Assembly: GCA_964016885.1 (NCBI GenBank)
Contig: OZ024758.1
Location: 7,812,001-7,876,000 of the forward strand
Source: Eledone cirrhosa
Taxonomy: Eukaryota
Direction of reading: 5' to 3'
DNA length: 64,000 bases
Shown: positions 49,715-63,149 of the stretch, piece after piece
Layout of the letters: every line of letters begins with the position of its first letter
Numbering within the stretch: position 1 is the stretch's first letter
Notes under the pieces: generated by a model
The model's database searches: none
What the model was told of the DNA's origin: nothing
What the model saw: the letters and a program-made list of their open reading frames with translations, nothing else
Program-made: the position numbers and the translations under genes

Positions 49715-50165
49715 AAGAATGAGAAATTAGAAAGATTGAAGGGACATGCAGAGTGGAATCGTAAAATTTTTTTTAAAGAAAAATGACGTTTCCATTCTTG
49801 GAAAGCTGTTGCTGCGGGCATTTTGTGTATGATATACTTTTTTTTTTATAAAAGTGGATGATGGAGTGCATCTATCTGAAAGGGGAAAAAAACATTTGGT
49901 AAATAGAGCTATAAGAGTGTGAGTGCGTAAACGTGTGTGTGATTATACATATATCATCATTACTGTTTTACGTCCATTTTTCCACACTAGCATGGGTTAG
50001 ACAAGTTGTCCTGCTGTGGGCAATGCCAGGTCAGGTGACCATGTCTTACTCATGCAGAATTGATTTTGGCTTGGTTTCTACAGCTGGATGCCTTTCCTAT
50101 ATATATTAGAAAGAGTTGGGACCCACTCTACTATCCCAACTATCAAGTTTAATCCTGATATATAT

Positions 50166-50358
50166 ATAGGAACAAGTATGACCCCGACGGCAGAGCTCAA
50201 GCCGTTTCGGCGGCTATTTCTGGACTGAAATAGCCGTCGAAACGGCTTGAGCTCTGCCGTCGGGGTCATACTTGTTCCTATTACCCACTCTACTACACTA
50301 AGTATTGAGTACTTTGGTGCGTTATGGTCCATCTGGTTCCTTACCACAATTCCTTTGT
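50166..50358 (+). mobile_element. P1 fold-back element with hammerhead 3' half
   Basis: 55-bp arms 50166-50220 / 50227-50281 (54/55 match), loop tggact; GAAA at 50239-42; (TA)n flanks. Confidence 0.75.
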
Positions 50359-50494
50359 TATATATATATATATTTATATATAATAATAATAGTTTTTACT
50401 TTTATCACAAGGCCAGCAATTACCCAGTGCATTACTGGTACTTTATTTTATCGACCCCGTAAGGATGAAAGGCAAAATGATAATAATAGTAATA

Positions 50495-50760
50495 AACGAA
50501 AAATATATACTTTATATCATCTATATTTATTTTATATATATTTCGAAGATGTAAAGTTTTATGTATAACATAAAGCAAGACATGTCCTCTTCAGACAAAA
50601 TACATACGAGATGTATAATTTTTTCATGATATGCTAGTAGACAAACGAACTGGACAGATGGGTGACCACCAAGCATATGACTAGAAAAAACTCAACACAT
50701 AGAGAGTTACATGACTAGGAGAAAACATTACAGTTGGTTTAAACGTTTCATCAATTATTT
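50495..50760 (-). mobile_element. P5 family copy with hammerhead core (stem III shortened)
   Basis: Minus strand tattttgt-CTGAAGA-ggacatgt...acatcttc-GAAA-tatat-ataaaata (50602-50528). Confidence 0.65.
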
Positions 50761-50771
50761 ATATATATATC

Positions 50772-51043
50772 TCAGACCGGGTGATGTGTTGTTTCCTTGA
50801 GCAAGACACTTTATTTCACATTACTCCAGTTTACTCAGCTGTAGAAATGAGATGATAGGGACTGGGGTCCCTATCATTCCACTGCAAAGTGGCCGTGGAG
50901 GTGCCACGGCAAAAAGGCACCCAGCACTCACTGTAAATGAGGTTGGTGTTAGGAAGGGCATCCAGCTGTAGAAATCAAGCCAGAATCAGTTCCAGTCCTA
51001 CCCTTGCAAGCAGCGAAAAGCGGACGTTAAATGCTGATGATGA
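50772..51043 (+). mobile_element. 5'-truncated CORE-type SINE, family B, with RTE tail
   Basis: Near-identical to 27015-27288. Confidence 0.85.
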
Positions 51044-51761
51044 TTATATGTATATATATATAATCCTGGCATATATATATAGTTGAAATGAACGAACAAA
51101 ACGCAGGAGGCAATTGTACACAGTTATATTAGGTTCACGCTTGATGGATCAGGATTAAACCAGTTTTAAACTAGTTAGACCATTATTCAACAGAGTACTC
51201 GATACTTGGGATAGTATATATATATATATATATTTATGTATATGTGTATATGTGTGTATATATATATATGAAGTACTTCCTCACAACTGTCCACCTAATC
51301 TCCCTGTCAAGACTATAGTAGAAGATACTTCATCCCGCTGTCATACAGTGGGACTCAACCTGAAACCTTATGGTTGCAGAGCAGACTCTTTAACCACACA
51401 GAGATGCCTACATCTATACGTACATCTGTAACATTATAGTTTATCTGGTGCCTGACAAAATGGAATGTTTCAGAAATATGCTCATGTACTAATTAAAAGC
51501 TTCTTGGATAATTAGGCGCTAGAGTACATCTCAAAATAGTTATATTCTATGCTCTTCTTTGGGTGGAGTTTAGTGGAAAATTTCAAAATATGTGATAGAT
51601 CAATAGACTTATGTAAATTGCCAAAACGTTGTGTTTACCTTGCTTATTTTCTCCACACCCTTTTAAAATGATTACTGGTTACATGTCATGACATGTCTAC
51701 GACATCAGTTATATATCTTTTAAAACACACCTAGGGGGCTCACTAATGAAACTATCATTTG

Positions 51762-51802
<41 letters not shown>

Positions 51803-51954
51803 TCATGATTGTTTTAATTTCTGCTCTCCTTGCTAGCAAGGGTTGAACGGGTCTACATAGACCAAGTCAGTGCTGAGGTGCGGTTACTGATCTCTCTGAT
51901 TAGCCAAGGATCTGTCTCTCATTTATGTACGTTATCACCTATGTGTGTGTGTAT

Positions 51955-51997
<43 letters not shown>

Positions 51998-52220
51998 GTG
52001 TTATAAAATGTTGACTAACTGAGGTTGTATTTGCAACACTCCAAGAAATAATGATGTAATCAGAATCAAGCACTCAACGTCATATGTATCCATCCAATTC
52101 TGATATGGCAGTCCATGATGGAGTATACATAGAATAATAATAAAAATATGAAGGCTAAATTTCTATAATTCATTTTATTATGTTATTCACTGTTATATGT
52201 ATTTCTGTGGCATTATTAAT

Positions 52221-52412
52221 AGGGCGGTGGATTGGCAGTATCGGTAGAGAGTCGGATACCATGCTTTGAATCATAGAGTTACGTCCCTTTATGATCTGAG
52301 TTCAAATCCCGCCGAGGTTAACTTTGCCTTTCATCCTTACGGGGTCGATAAAATAAAGTACCAGTAATGTACTGGGTAATTGCTGGCCTTGTGCCTAAAA
52401 TAGAAACAATTA
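52221..52412 (+). mobile_element. tRNA-derived SINE, family A
   Basis: Full length; duplicated flank attattaata. Confidence 0.85.
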
Positions 52413-52887
52413 TTAATAAAATAATGCTGCTCTCATGCAATGACTAACACAACTTCTTCCGACAGCATTTTATGTAATACATTTATCATGAATATATTTC
52501 TAATGCAAAAGAGCCTACAGATATGGAGGTGGTCTTATATTCGATGTTGTTTTTTCAAGTATATAAGTATAAATGATGATGTACTCAAGCCTGTAGATGC
52601 TATAAAATAGCTTATACAATAAGGTCATGGTGCTTAAAAGACGAAAAAAAGAAGTTGCCATCAGTCATTATAGAACCAGGGGAGGTTTTGTGTGGTTATA
52701 TATCACAATTATAATCATTGATTACAGGTTGATGTTGTTTTTTCTGTCATAGATTGGATGGATCTGCATGTTACTATTTCTCTTGATCCTGTTATTAGTG
52801 TGGCCCAACTTGTGTTCTTAGATCAGACTTTGTTTCTTTCTGTGTGTCATAGCTATAACTGCTTCCTCAATCTAGTGCTAAGGGTAA

Positions 52888-53190
52888 GAAACTCTCAGGA
52901 GAGCTGGACTGCAGAAAAGGTCTTCAGAAAAGAAACTCTCGAGAGAGCTGGACAGCAGAAGGTCTTCAGAAAAGAAACTCTCGGGAGAGCTGGACAGCAG
53001 AAGGTCTTCGGAGAAGAAACTCTCAGGTGAGCTGGACTGCAGAAAAGGTCTTCAGAAAAGAAACTCTCAGGAGAGCTGGACTGTAGAAAAGGTCTTCAGA
53101 GAAGAAACTCTCAGGTGAGCTGGACAGCAGAAGGTCTTCAGAGAAGAAACTCTCAGGAGAGCTGGACAACAACAGCTTTTTAGAGAAGAA
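52888..53190. repeat. ~43-44-bp minisatellite, about 6-7 units
   Basis: Unit aaactctcaggagagctggacagcagaaggtcttcagagaag with alternating variants. Confidence 0.9.
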
Positions 53191-53439
53191 CGCCCCCCCC
53201 CCCCCCCTCCATCCCTCAAGCAAGTATTTTGGTTCTTTACTTCTTACACTCTAAGGAGGGACCGGGCCATATCCGGCTCACAACTCTTGGGTGCCCTTCT
53301 GTTGACATTTAGCCATGTTGATATTGGAGACTTGTGTATTTAAACCCTATGAAGATTTGTTGACAAGATCTTGCTAAAACTCCTCTTCATCTGTCACCTC
53401 TGCTTTCAAACCTATATTTATAGATAACAATCGCATATA

Positions 53440-53638
53440 TGAGAGTTGGCTGAAAAGTTCATAGACTGACTATAAAGGATTGATGCTCGGGCTGTGAAAT
53501 CTTGCATACATTAATTTCAGCTCTTCTTATTAATAAACTGCATTATTTATTTTCAGGGACTATGTTGACAAATAAACCTCATTTAATTATTTCATGAGAG
53601 TATCTTGGTCAGCCTGTGAACTTTTCAGCTGACCTGCA
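53440..53638. mobile_element. Tc1/mariner-like MITE
   Basis: TA flanks; TIR gctgaaaagttcatagactgac / gtcagcctgtgaacttttcagc. Confidence 0.8.
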
Positions 53639-54446
53639 TATATGTGGTTACACCACTCTAATTTATCTGGCTCTCTTGGACATATCAACTGTTAATTTCC
53701 ACAATTTCATAAAATAATGATGCTAACCTTTCTACTAGAAATTGAAACAAATTACTTAATGTTTATTTAATAGCTAGGCTACATGGAATTATATAATCAA
53801 ACAATAATATAATGGAAACTACTTGACAAATTCACCTAAAATTTGTCAGTATGGAAAATCAAGCATGAAATTGCATTTAAATAATTCATACGAAGAGTGA
53901 AATTCAGTTTAATAATTCAAACCATTATATTTTGTGACCAATTTATAAATCAATCAACTTACTTTATTGCAATTCTTTCAGTTTGTGTTTTATTTTTTCT
54001 CTGTCTAAAGAATTATTAAGAAAATATTGGATTGATTAAATAAATATTTTTTCAATGGGTAATATTGATTTTTTTTTTTTTTTATAGATTTTTTTTTTTT
54101 TTAGCTGTTGTTAAGGTGTCTTTAATATTTTTGAATTGAATTGCACATTATTGATTCATTGTCTATCAGTTTATTTTCATTGGACATCATCTGATCTGAT
54201 TCAAATTTTATACCTTACAAAGAAGATGTATGATGATGATGATGATGCTGTTGTGGTGGTGGTGGTGGGGGGGGGGGGGCAGTTCTTTATTCTGCATATG
54301 GCTTTCATTCTTCTTTCACTAATTTAATGTCAGTGCTTCATCAAATATTTTTCTTTTTTTTTTTTTAGATCTTAGGAGAATTGAAACTATTTTCCCAGCT
54401 GCTTCTATATGAGTCAGTTATTTATACAAAACTCTCTCTCTCCCTC

Positions 54447-54509
<63 letters not shown>

Positions 54510-55753
54510 ATCTTCCTTTTTAACAAACAGCCTTAAGAATCATTGTTGAATGAATATGAATAAATGTTTCAGAATTTTGTATATAAAACTAAAATCTTGT
54601 TTTAAATAAAAAATATTTTGTTCAATTAGTGTGAGAAAGACAAAATCTTCTGAATAGCAAACTAGAATTTTCCTTTCAAATCTGATGATAAATAGATATA
54701 CGCTTTAGTTTTTGAATAGAAAATATAGTAATATAATGATAGTGCTTCTAAAGCACAAAACTATTGTGTCTAGTCTTATTGAATTGAAGTTAAATTGGGT
54801 GAGTTTTATTATGCTACTTTTACTTATTGAAATATAGTAAATATTTTCACATTAGAACCGTTGTAGTAACTAGCATAGGTAACATACTTACTAGCTTTTG
54901 AGCCCTAAACTGCTTTTATATTTAACTTTGTTTCCAGGTAGTTTCCTGGTGAGATTTGGTATCCTTCAGAATATCTTTTCTGTCCTGTTACAATCTATGA
55001 AAATACTGAAAAATATTATTTAAGGTATATAATTGGCAAATCCTATCACCTGAAACTGAGCTTCTTTACCCCTTCAGTTAGCAACCCACCCAAAACTGGC
55101 TCTGGTTCTATGAAATAAAATCACCCATTTTAAAGGTTTCCAATTTATATTAAAATCTTCCAACATAATTCCATATAAGAACTGGGACTGGGTTGTGTGT
55201 TGTGTTCTTGAACAAAACACTTCATTTCACATTGCTCCACAATACTCAGCTGAAAATGAGTACCAGCAATAGCTGGGGGTTTAACTCTGCAATGGACTTG
55301 CATCCTGTCCAGGGTGAGTCTTATACTCTCAATCACTTCACACCATCGAAACAGGGATAAGCACCAGCCTAATGAGCATCTGGGCTTCAGACAGACTCAG
55401 ATTAATCCAAACACAGTTTTTGGTGACTTAACGCAGCAAATTTGATATATTATCATTTCTTTTCTTTTTTTTTTATCAATAAAACGTGATTATATATAAA
55501 ATTAGAACTAGAAATTGGAATTGAATTCATCTATTTTTGAAACTGAAACCAATCATATTATAATTTGCTTCTATAATTGTAGAAAGTGAAGATTTAATCA
55601 CAGAATCCTTCTAACATTTATTTCTAACTTTCTCTTTATTCATGATCTTATAAAGTTTTTAAAGAAATATATTTTTAAAAAAACAATTCAACCTTATGGA
55701 TAACTTATTTGTAATGTCAGTTTCTATGTAGACTAGTTATTTATCAGTAATGT

Positions 55754-55983
55754 GTATGGTAGGTCAGTGGGACCATATCTGTTCTGTTGAGGTCCTGTCT
55801 CTTTGTATTGTAGGTCAGTGGGACCATATCTGTTCTGTTGAGGTCCTGTCTCTTTGTATTGTAGGTCAGTGGGACCATATCTGATCTGTTTAGGTCCTGT
55901 CTCTTTGTATGGTAGGTCAGTGGGATCATATCTCTTGATGTCCTAAGTGTCTCTCTCTATGGTAGGTCAGTGGCACCATATCT
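55754..55983. repeat. 51-bp minisatellite, about 4.5 units
   Basis: Unit gtaggtcagtgggaccatatctgttctgttgaggtcctgtctctttgtatt. Confidence 0.9.
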
Positions 55984-56536
55984 ATACTACTTGCCTTTGT
56001 TCTCCTGTGAAGGTTAAATGAACATAAAGTATTTGAAATATATAATTTATCACTTCAGACTAATTATATATAATAGGATTAAATCATGTTGTTAATTAGT
56101 CCCATGTCAACTCTGGTCAAGCAGACCTATGATCAAAAGTATTTCAGTCTTGACCACGCTGTATAAGGACCATATTATCCAATGTGTCCTGTTTATAACA
56201 TGTCTTCTTCTGTTTCTTCTCCCTTTATTCCTGGGAGGGCCATGGGGGCAGAGTCCTCAAAGACTCCTTCCAGCAGATCCTGTCAGAAGCAACCATCTCC
56301 TATTGATCTGGCTTGAACCCAATTAAATCAGACCCTAGTGCATTACTGGTGTTTTATTTTATTTTACCGACCCTATAAGCATGTAAGGCAACACTAACCT
56401 GTATGGGATTTGAACTCAGAACATAAAGGGCCATAACTATATGGTACAATACATGTCTGATGCTCTACCAATCCTGCCAGTCCACCAGCCGTGTGTTTGG
56501 TTAACATATAATCAACTCAGATACAGTTAACCTTAT

Positions 56537-56727
56537 AATTGTTTCTACTATTGGCACAAGGCAAGCAATTACCCCCAGTACATTACTGGTACTTTATTTT
56601 ATTGACCCCGTAAGGATTGTAGGCAAAGTTAACCTCGGCGGGATTTGAACTCAGACCGTAAAGGGACGTAACTATGCTGGAAAACATGGTGCCCGGCTCT
56701 CTACCGATACTGCCAATCCACCGCCCT
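56537..56727 (-). mobile_element. tRNA-derived SINE, family A
   Basis: Full-length reverse-complement match; an older copy lies at about 56330-56491. Confidence 0.85.
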
Positions 56728-57105
56728 TATAATGAAAGAAAAGTTTAGTTGATATTTAACTTACTGATATGAGATAGTTACTTTTTTTTCTTTTTATGCA
56801 TTTTGTTTGCAACTAGGAAAGCAAAGTTTTCTAGATGCTTAAATCTTTCTGTTGTCACCTTATTTTCTGTTGATATCTAAAGCAAAATGTTAATCGAGTT
56901 TTTAGATTGAACAGATTAAAAACAAAATTTCAATTTTATTATATATTGTATTTTTCTATTATATTGAATAAAAACATCTCTTGGCCATTATTTCTTAAAA
57001 TAGGTTTCTCTTTACTTCCCTTCTTCCAACACGTTAGTTTTATTTGTAAATTTAATTATCTTACTTTAACATTGTTATGAGATACCATTTATTGAGTTGT
57101 CATGG

Positions 57106-57153
<48 letters not shown>

Positions 57154-57855
57154 TATAAAAAGAAAGAAAATGCAACTCAAAACATTATATTTTAGCAATT
57201 TATATATTGCTTACATCATTTTCATTTTTTTCTTATTGTAAACGCTTTGATTTACAATAAGTTATTTAAAGTTTTTGCCACATTTTTTCTAAGGAAACAA
57301 TAACTACTAAATCTGTGTATTCAGTGAATATATAATTGCCCTTTCTGTCAATACTAAAACTATTGAAATGTTGCATTTAATATTACCATTTGTTGTTTGA
57401 GGACAAACAGTATATTTCCAGAAGGTATTCATTTGATGTCAAGTAGTCTGATAATGTTTTTATTTCTACTGTATTTAAATACCAGTATTTTGTAGTCACT
57501 AGTGGCTCACATGTATTTCATCCATAGTTTTCATCTCTCATTCTACTTATTCGTTCTCTTTTTTATTTATTTAAGACCATTCCTGAAATATCCACTCTTA
57601 TGCTTACCTCAGTTTAGGTTTAGATCTTTCTGAAAAATCGGGGCAGATATTTGTATTGACATGTACTCTCTTAAATACTTAAACACCCTGTAATGATTTA
57701 GCAGAAAATGTCTTTTTTTTTTTTTTTAATTTGTTAATTGAAATGTTTATAGTATTTTGTAGTCAGATCATTGTAAACATTTGCAGTATTAGAGTAAAGA
57801 TTTGATATTTTATATAATGCTGATATAAAGGATGATGTTCTCATGCACAGATGCT

Positions 57856-58072
57856 TTAACCCTTTAGCATTTAAACCAGCCATATTCGGCCAGAATTCTC
57901 TCACCTCTTTCTGTTCAAACCGGCTGTAACTGGCTTTTCATATTGATGATGAGGTAATGTTCTCAAAATAAATAATATTAAAATTTCATAGATTCGATAT
58001 TATGTGAGGTAAAGCCTTTTCAGGTGAAAACATAATAGTAAATACAGCATAATGTAAGTGCTAAAGGGTTAA
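57856..58072. mobile_element. piggyBac-like MITE
   Basis: TTAA-CCCTTTAGCA ... TGCTAAAGGG-TTAA; another copy at 58268-58480 in opposite orientation. Confidence 0.85.
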
Positions 58073-59723
58073 AATAGCTTATAAAATAGAGTGAAGACCG
58101 TTAAAAGAGAGAAAAAGGGGGTTACATTGGCTGTAATGTTGTCATGTCCTCATCAAGACTAAAGAGTTTTCTCTATTCTATGTTGTCTCCATTCATCATC
58201 AACCACTTTAGAGAGTGTACTCAGTTCATTTTATGGTGACACCAACTCTACAGAGGTTGTCAAGTCCTTAACCCTTTACCATTTACATTACTCCATATTT
58301 ACTATTATATTTTCATGGTAAAGGCTTTACCTCACATAATTATCTCACATAATATCAAATCTATGAGATTTTGATGTTATTTATTTTGACAACAATACCT
58401 CAACATCAGTATGAGTGGCTAGTTACAGCTGGTTTGAACGGAAAGAGGTGAGAGATTTCTGGCCGGTTTAAATGCTAAAGAAAAGCCAAAGGGTCTCTTT
58501 GTCAACCATCTTACAGAGGATATTAAGTGCATTACATCCATTAATATGTAACCATATAACCAATGCATACTTCAACTCATTACTAACATATTGTACAAAT
58601 GTGTAACCAACATTGATTCTCATTTTCCTTTTTAAATGAGAATTTATAAATTTGTGAGCATGTTAAGACAAAAACCCTGAATTCGAATTGGTGCTTTGAT
58701 TCTACAGTCTGTGAATTTACAGTTGTAAGAATGTCAGATAGAATGTTTTGTTGTATTCATTTTGGCTCTCTGCTCACTGAGTTCAGGTCAACTTTGCCTT
58801 CTATCTATTTAAGGTCAATAAAAAAAAGTAACACTCTTGTACTGGGGTCAACTCTTCCTTTATATCTCTTTCTCACTTCCGCTCTCTCTCTCTCTATCCT
58901 TCTCTGGAAAAAATCTGCACCTGGAGAGGAGATAGGCTCCTCCAGAAATTGCCCTAGAAATGCTGTATGTCAATACAGTGCTTTTATGACTCCTTCAGGA
59001 GTTATGAGACTATAGATGCATGCTTTTATTCTCAGAAGTATTTTAATTTAAACGGTTTCAATTCAAAGTAATCATTAATTTTGCACTACTTCAGATTGTA
59101 TATTATAATTGGTACATAATGATAAATCTCAGCTCTATCCCTTAATTATCTTATATTTAATTAAGTTTGATAAGCTACTGGGTTTTCTACTCTACCGTAG
59201 CCCTTAGACCCAACTAACTGAAAATTAGGCACCACTGTTGAGTGATTCATATATGCCTTATCTTGCCTAAACAAGCTAAAAATAAACAAAACTACACACA
59301 TGGTGAAATTAATATAATTAGATAATTTCTATAGTAATTACTTCTGGTTACTCTTCAGTGATTATCAGTAAAGGCTGCCTGACTGATTGGCATAAAGATG
59401 TGCTATTACCTCTCTCTACATTTTGTACTGCTACTATAGTAGCTTCTGGTCCTTAGATTTAGCTAATCTTATGCTTCTTCCAATCAATCCCCCTGACTCA
59501 CTCACCTCTTTTCCTCTTCTCTCATTATTCATATTATGTCTAATTACTGCCCTCACCATCATGCCAGTTTTCCTACGCAGAACCCTCTAGACATGCCTCT
59601 CCTCCCATGTTTTTCACTGCAGCCATCAACAGCCAACTGTTCAAGAGGAATGTGTCAATCATCATTCAAATCTTGAGAAGCCTACGAAGGTTATGGATTC
59701 AGCCTCTTCCCCCAGACTAGACT

Positions 59724-59760
<37 letters not shown>

Positions 59761-60420
59761 GTTTAACGTCCATCTTCCACGCCAGACTAACTGAAAACAA
59801 ATATATAAACATAGGACAGTCTCTATATATTTGTTTGGTCTTCTCAGAATAGCTGCCAAATATTCTTAACATTATACCTTAGCATCCTTTAAAAAACATT
59901 GCATTTATTTCATCTACTTAATCCATGCTGGCTTTGAGCTAAACCACGATGTAATGGTGTCTACATATTTGCCTGATCTTCTAGGAATAGCAGCTAAATA
60001 TTCTTAGAATTATACCTTGACATCTTTTTTAAGAAAAGGACATATTAGATATTGTCTTTCATCATGTCTGCTTAATCAAGACTGACCTTGGGCTAAACCT
60101 CAATCTTCATAGGCTGACCAAATGAAATGGATTTTTTTCAACATAGTCCCTGAAAAAAAAAACATTGCAGTTTTTAAGAAGAGTTGAAATTAATGTATGC
60201 AAGATTTTACAGCTCTTGCATCACTCCTTCATGGTTAGCCTATGAACTTTTCAGCCGAGCCTCATAAGGGAGGGGGGGGGGGGGGAATTGGTACAGATTT
60301 AATATTTCATTGTAGTCATTTCAATATTTAACAACATTAAGACTCTTGAGAAAGGAATAAACTTCAGAACATTCATTTCCCACCTCAGTAAAAAATGTGT
60401 TGCTACAAGCTTACCTGGCA

Positions 60421-60930
60421 TGTGGACATGTATGGCCTAGTGGTAAGGGTGTTGGATTTATGATCAAAATGTCATGGGTTGGATTCCTGGACGGGGTGGT
60501 GTGTTGTGTTCTTGAGCAAAACACTTCATTTCACATTGCTCCAGTATACTCAACTGAAAATGAGTACCAGCAATAGCTGGGGTTTTAACTCTGGGATTGA
60601 CTGACATTCTGTCCAGTGGGGAGTATTGTACTCTCAGTCGCTTCACGCCATGGAAATAAGTATAAGTACTGCCTGATGGGCATTGAGGCTTGAGACAAAC
60701 TTTAACCCTGTGATGGACTGGTGTCCTGTCCAGGGGTGGTCCTGTACTCTCAGTCGCTTCACACCACAGATAAGTACCAGCTTGTTGAGCCTCCAAGCTC
60801 AAGACAAACTTTAACCCTGCGATGGACTGGTGTCCTGTCAGGAGTGAGTTTCATATTGTCTGTCACTTCACACCATGGAAACCAGGATAAGCACCAAGTT
60901 AATGAGTGTCTGGGCTTGACACAGACTTTA
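60421..60930 (+). mobile_element. CORE-type SINE, family B, with triplicated type 1 tail
   Basis: A box tggcctagtgg, CORE-like domain, ~110-115-bp tail units starting near 60585, 60701 and 60810. Confidence 0.8.
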
Positions 60931-61409
60931 AACAACCTGTAGACTATCTTGTACTAGTAGTAAGAGATTGCTGTACAGTATATGATTTGTTACAAATGTA
61001 TAGCAAGACGATGGAATAAGTTTCTGATGTAAGAAGAGGATTTTAAACATTTTGAATCTGAAGCATTAGAATTCTCTTCTTCCTATTCACAAAATTATTC
61101 TATTTTGTGAATATTATTAAGTTGATTTTTGCCAATGTACATCACTTTAAGCTGCTAATGCTCTTGGTGAGAAGCAAGTTTTATAACTTGTAAAAAAAAC
61201 AACTAATAATAATAATGTAACAGATTATCATTTTATATGAATGAAAAAACAGTTTCTCTGTTCACTCACGAAATGTTTTGCTTTGTTGTGTGTTTCTTTT
61301 TATTTATGGAAAACGTTCAGAGATGTGGTTTTGTGTAATATATATTATATTATATATGTGTGTGTATGTGTGTGTATTCATGTCAGCATGGAACATGGAT
61401 GTAAAAAAA

Positions 61410-61411
61410 TG

Positions 61412-61447
<36 letters not shown>

Positions 61448-61620
61448 ATGTATATATATATATATGTGTGTGTGTATGTATATATATATATATGTGTGTG
61501 TGTGTATGTATATATATATATATATATATATCTGTGTGTATGTATATATATATGTGTGTGTGTGTGTATATATATATATATGTGTGTGTGTGTATATATC
61601 TATATATATACATACATATA
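61410..61620. repeat. Compound (TA)/(TG) microsatellite
   Basis: Direct inspection. Confidence 0.9.
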
Positions 61621-63027
61621 TAATATTATTTGGTGCCTAAGCAAAATTTCTTTACTAAGCTTTCTTATTTTTATACACCCAATAAAAAGAGTTTGTTTTT
61701 TAAAATTATTTGCTTGTGCCAAAGTGGTCTGTCTATCAGAAATTTTACTTCCACAGTCGATGATATTGCTGCATTTATGCTTGTTTTTAACAAAACCAAG
61801 CATTTTTCCATCAAAAAACAAGTCTACAACTTTTTAGAAGCAGCTATATGTTCAGCATTACTGAGATTGTTTTCCTTTACTTACCATGCATTTCTAGGAC
61901 TATATTTCATTTGAAACTGGTGGGTAATAGAAAATATGTACGTCATCATCATCATCATCGTTTAACGTCTATCTTCCACCCTAGCATGGGTTTAGACAGG
62001 AATTGTCCCACTTGAGTCAAGAGTGATCGGGTGACCATACTGCTGGATGCCCTTCCTAACACCAACCACGTTTACAGTGTGGACTGGGAGGTTTTAACTG
62101 TGTTACCTACACAGCCACATTACAGCGTGGACTGTGTGCTTTCTTATGACATGACATTGAAGGACTTTTTGTCCATTTTGGAGACAGTTCTGCAATGCAT
62201 GTCCATAAAAAGCCCAGTAATAAATTTAGCAAGAAACCACCAAAAAAAAAAAAACCCATTGTTCTATCATCCTTCAAACTAAGCCTAGACATTGTTTTCT
62301 CTTTGTTTCATATCAATGTTCAGAATAATTTGGCTCAAAACTTTCACTCACATCTAAATACATGTTCAAAATATTTCCTAACACAAGTTTTTGCTGTCTC
62401 CTTTTAGTAACATTTTCTATTAAATTTGAATCAAATTCTAGTTTTATCTTGAAAAATTCTCCATGTTATCAGACATCTGTTGAGTTGTTTTAACTCTTAA
62501 CATCATGTACCTTGTGAAACCACATTACCAAGAGTTTCTTGAAAAGTAAACAGTATTATGACTGCATCACATCAAAAGCTAAACTATTTACTTTAGTTTA
62601 ATGTGAATTTTTACAAGAATCTTTCCTAGTAAAGATTATATTAACTTTTGATTTAACAAATCTTTTTTAGGTATTTTCTGTTAAATTATTAGAGGGTGTT
62701 AAGAGTTAAATGATGGCTAGTTTTCTTGTTAGTTTATGTATCAAGTTCAAAATTGAGTGCAGTTTTCCAATGCACTTTGAGTGACATGTTCTTAAAACTT
62801 ATACAGTCTGGTACACAGAAACACAAACTCACAGTTGTGAATGTCATAGAAGTTTTATTTGAAATTCATATCTAAAAAATGCATAAAATATAAATGTATG
62901 CTAGTAATGTTGTTTCTGCTGTTAAGCTTTCTCTTGCTATTGCCTAACTTGTTAGGAATGTGAATACCCTACCAGAATATACTGTTTTTGACAGCTTATA
63001 AGACACATTATTTTTTTTTTCCAAAAA

Positions 63028-63149
63028 AATGTCCCAGAAAATTACCCACCAGTTTATAAGGACAAGGGTCAGTTTGTGTTACTGGCTAAATGTCCCAGAA
63101 AATTACCCACCAGTTTATAAGGACAAGGGTCAGTTTGTGTTACTGGCTA
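63028..63149. repeat. Perfect 61-bp tandem duplication
   Basis: aatgtcccagaaaattacccaccagtttataaggacaagggtcagtttgtgttactggcta x2. Confidence 0.9.

Noticed and set aside
59600-59695. Possible small exon after ttttcactgcag
   Set aside because: Weak donor (gttatg), no recognisable peptide in any frame and no supporting neighbouring exons; it cannot be supported without RNA data.
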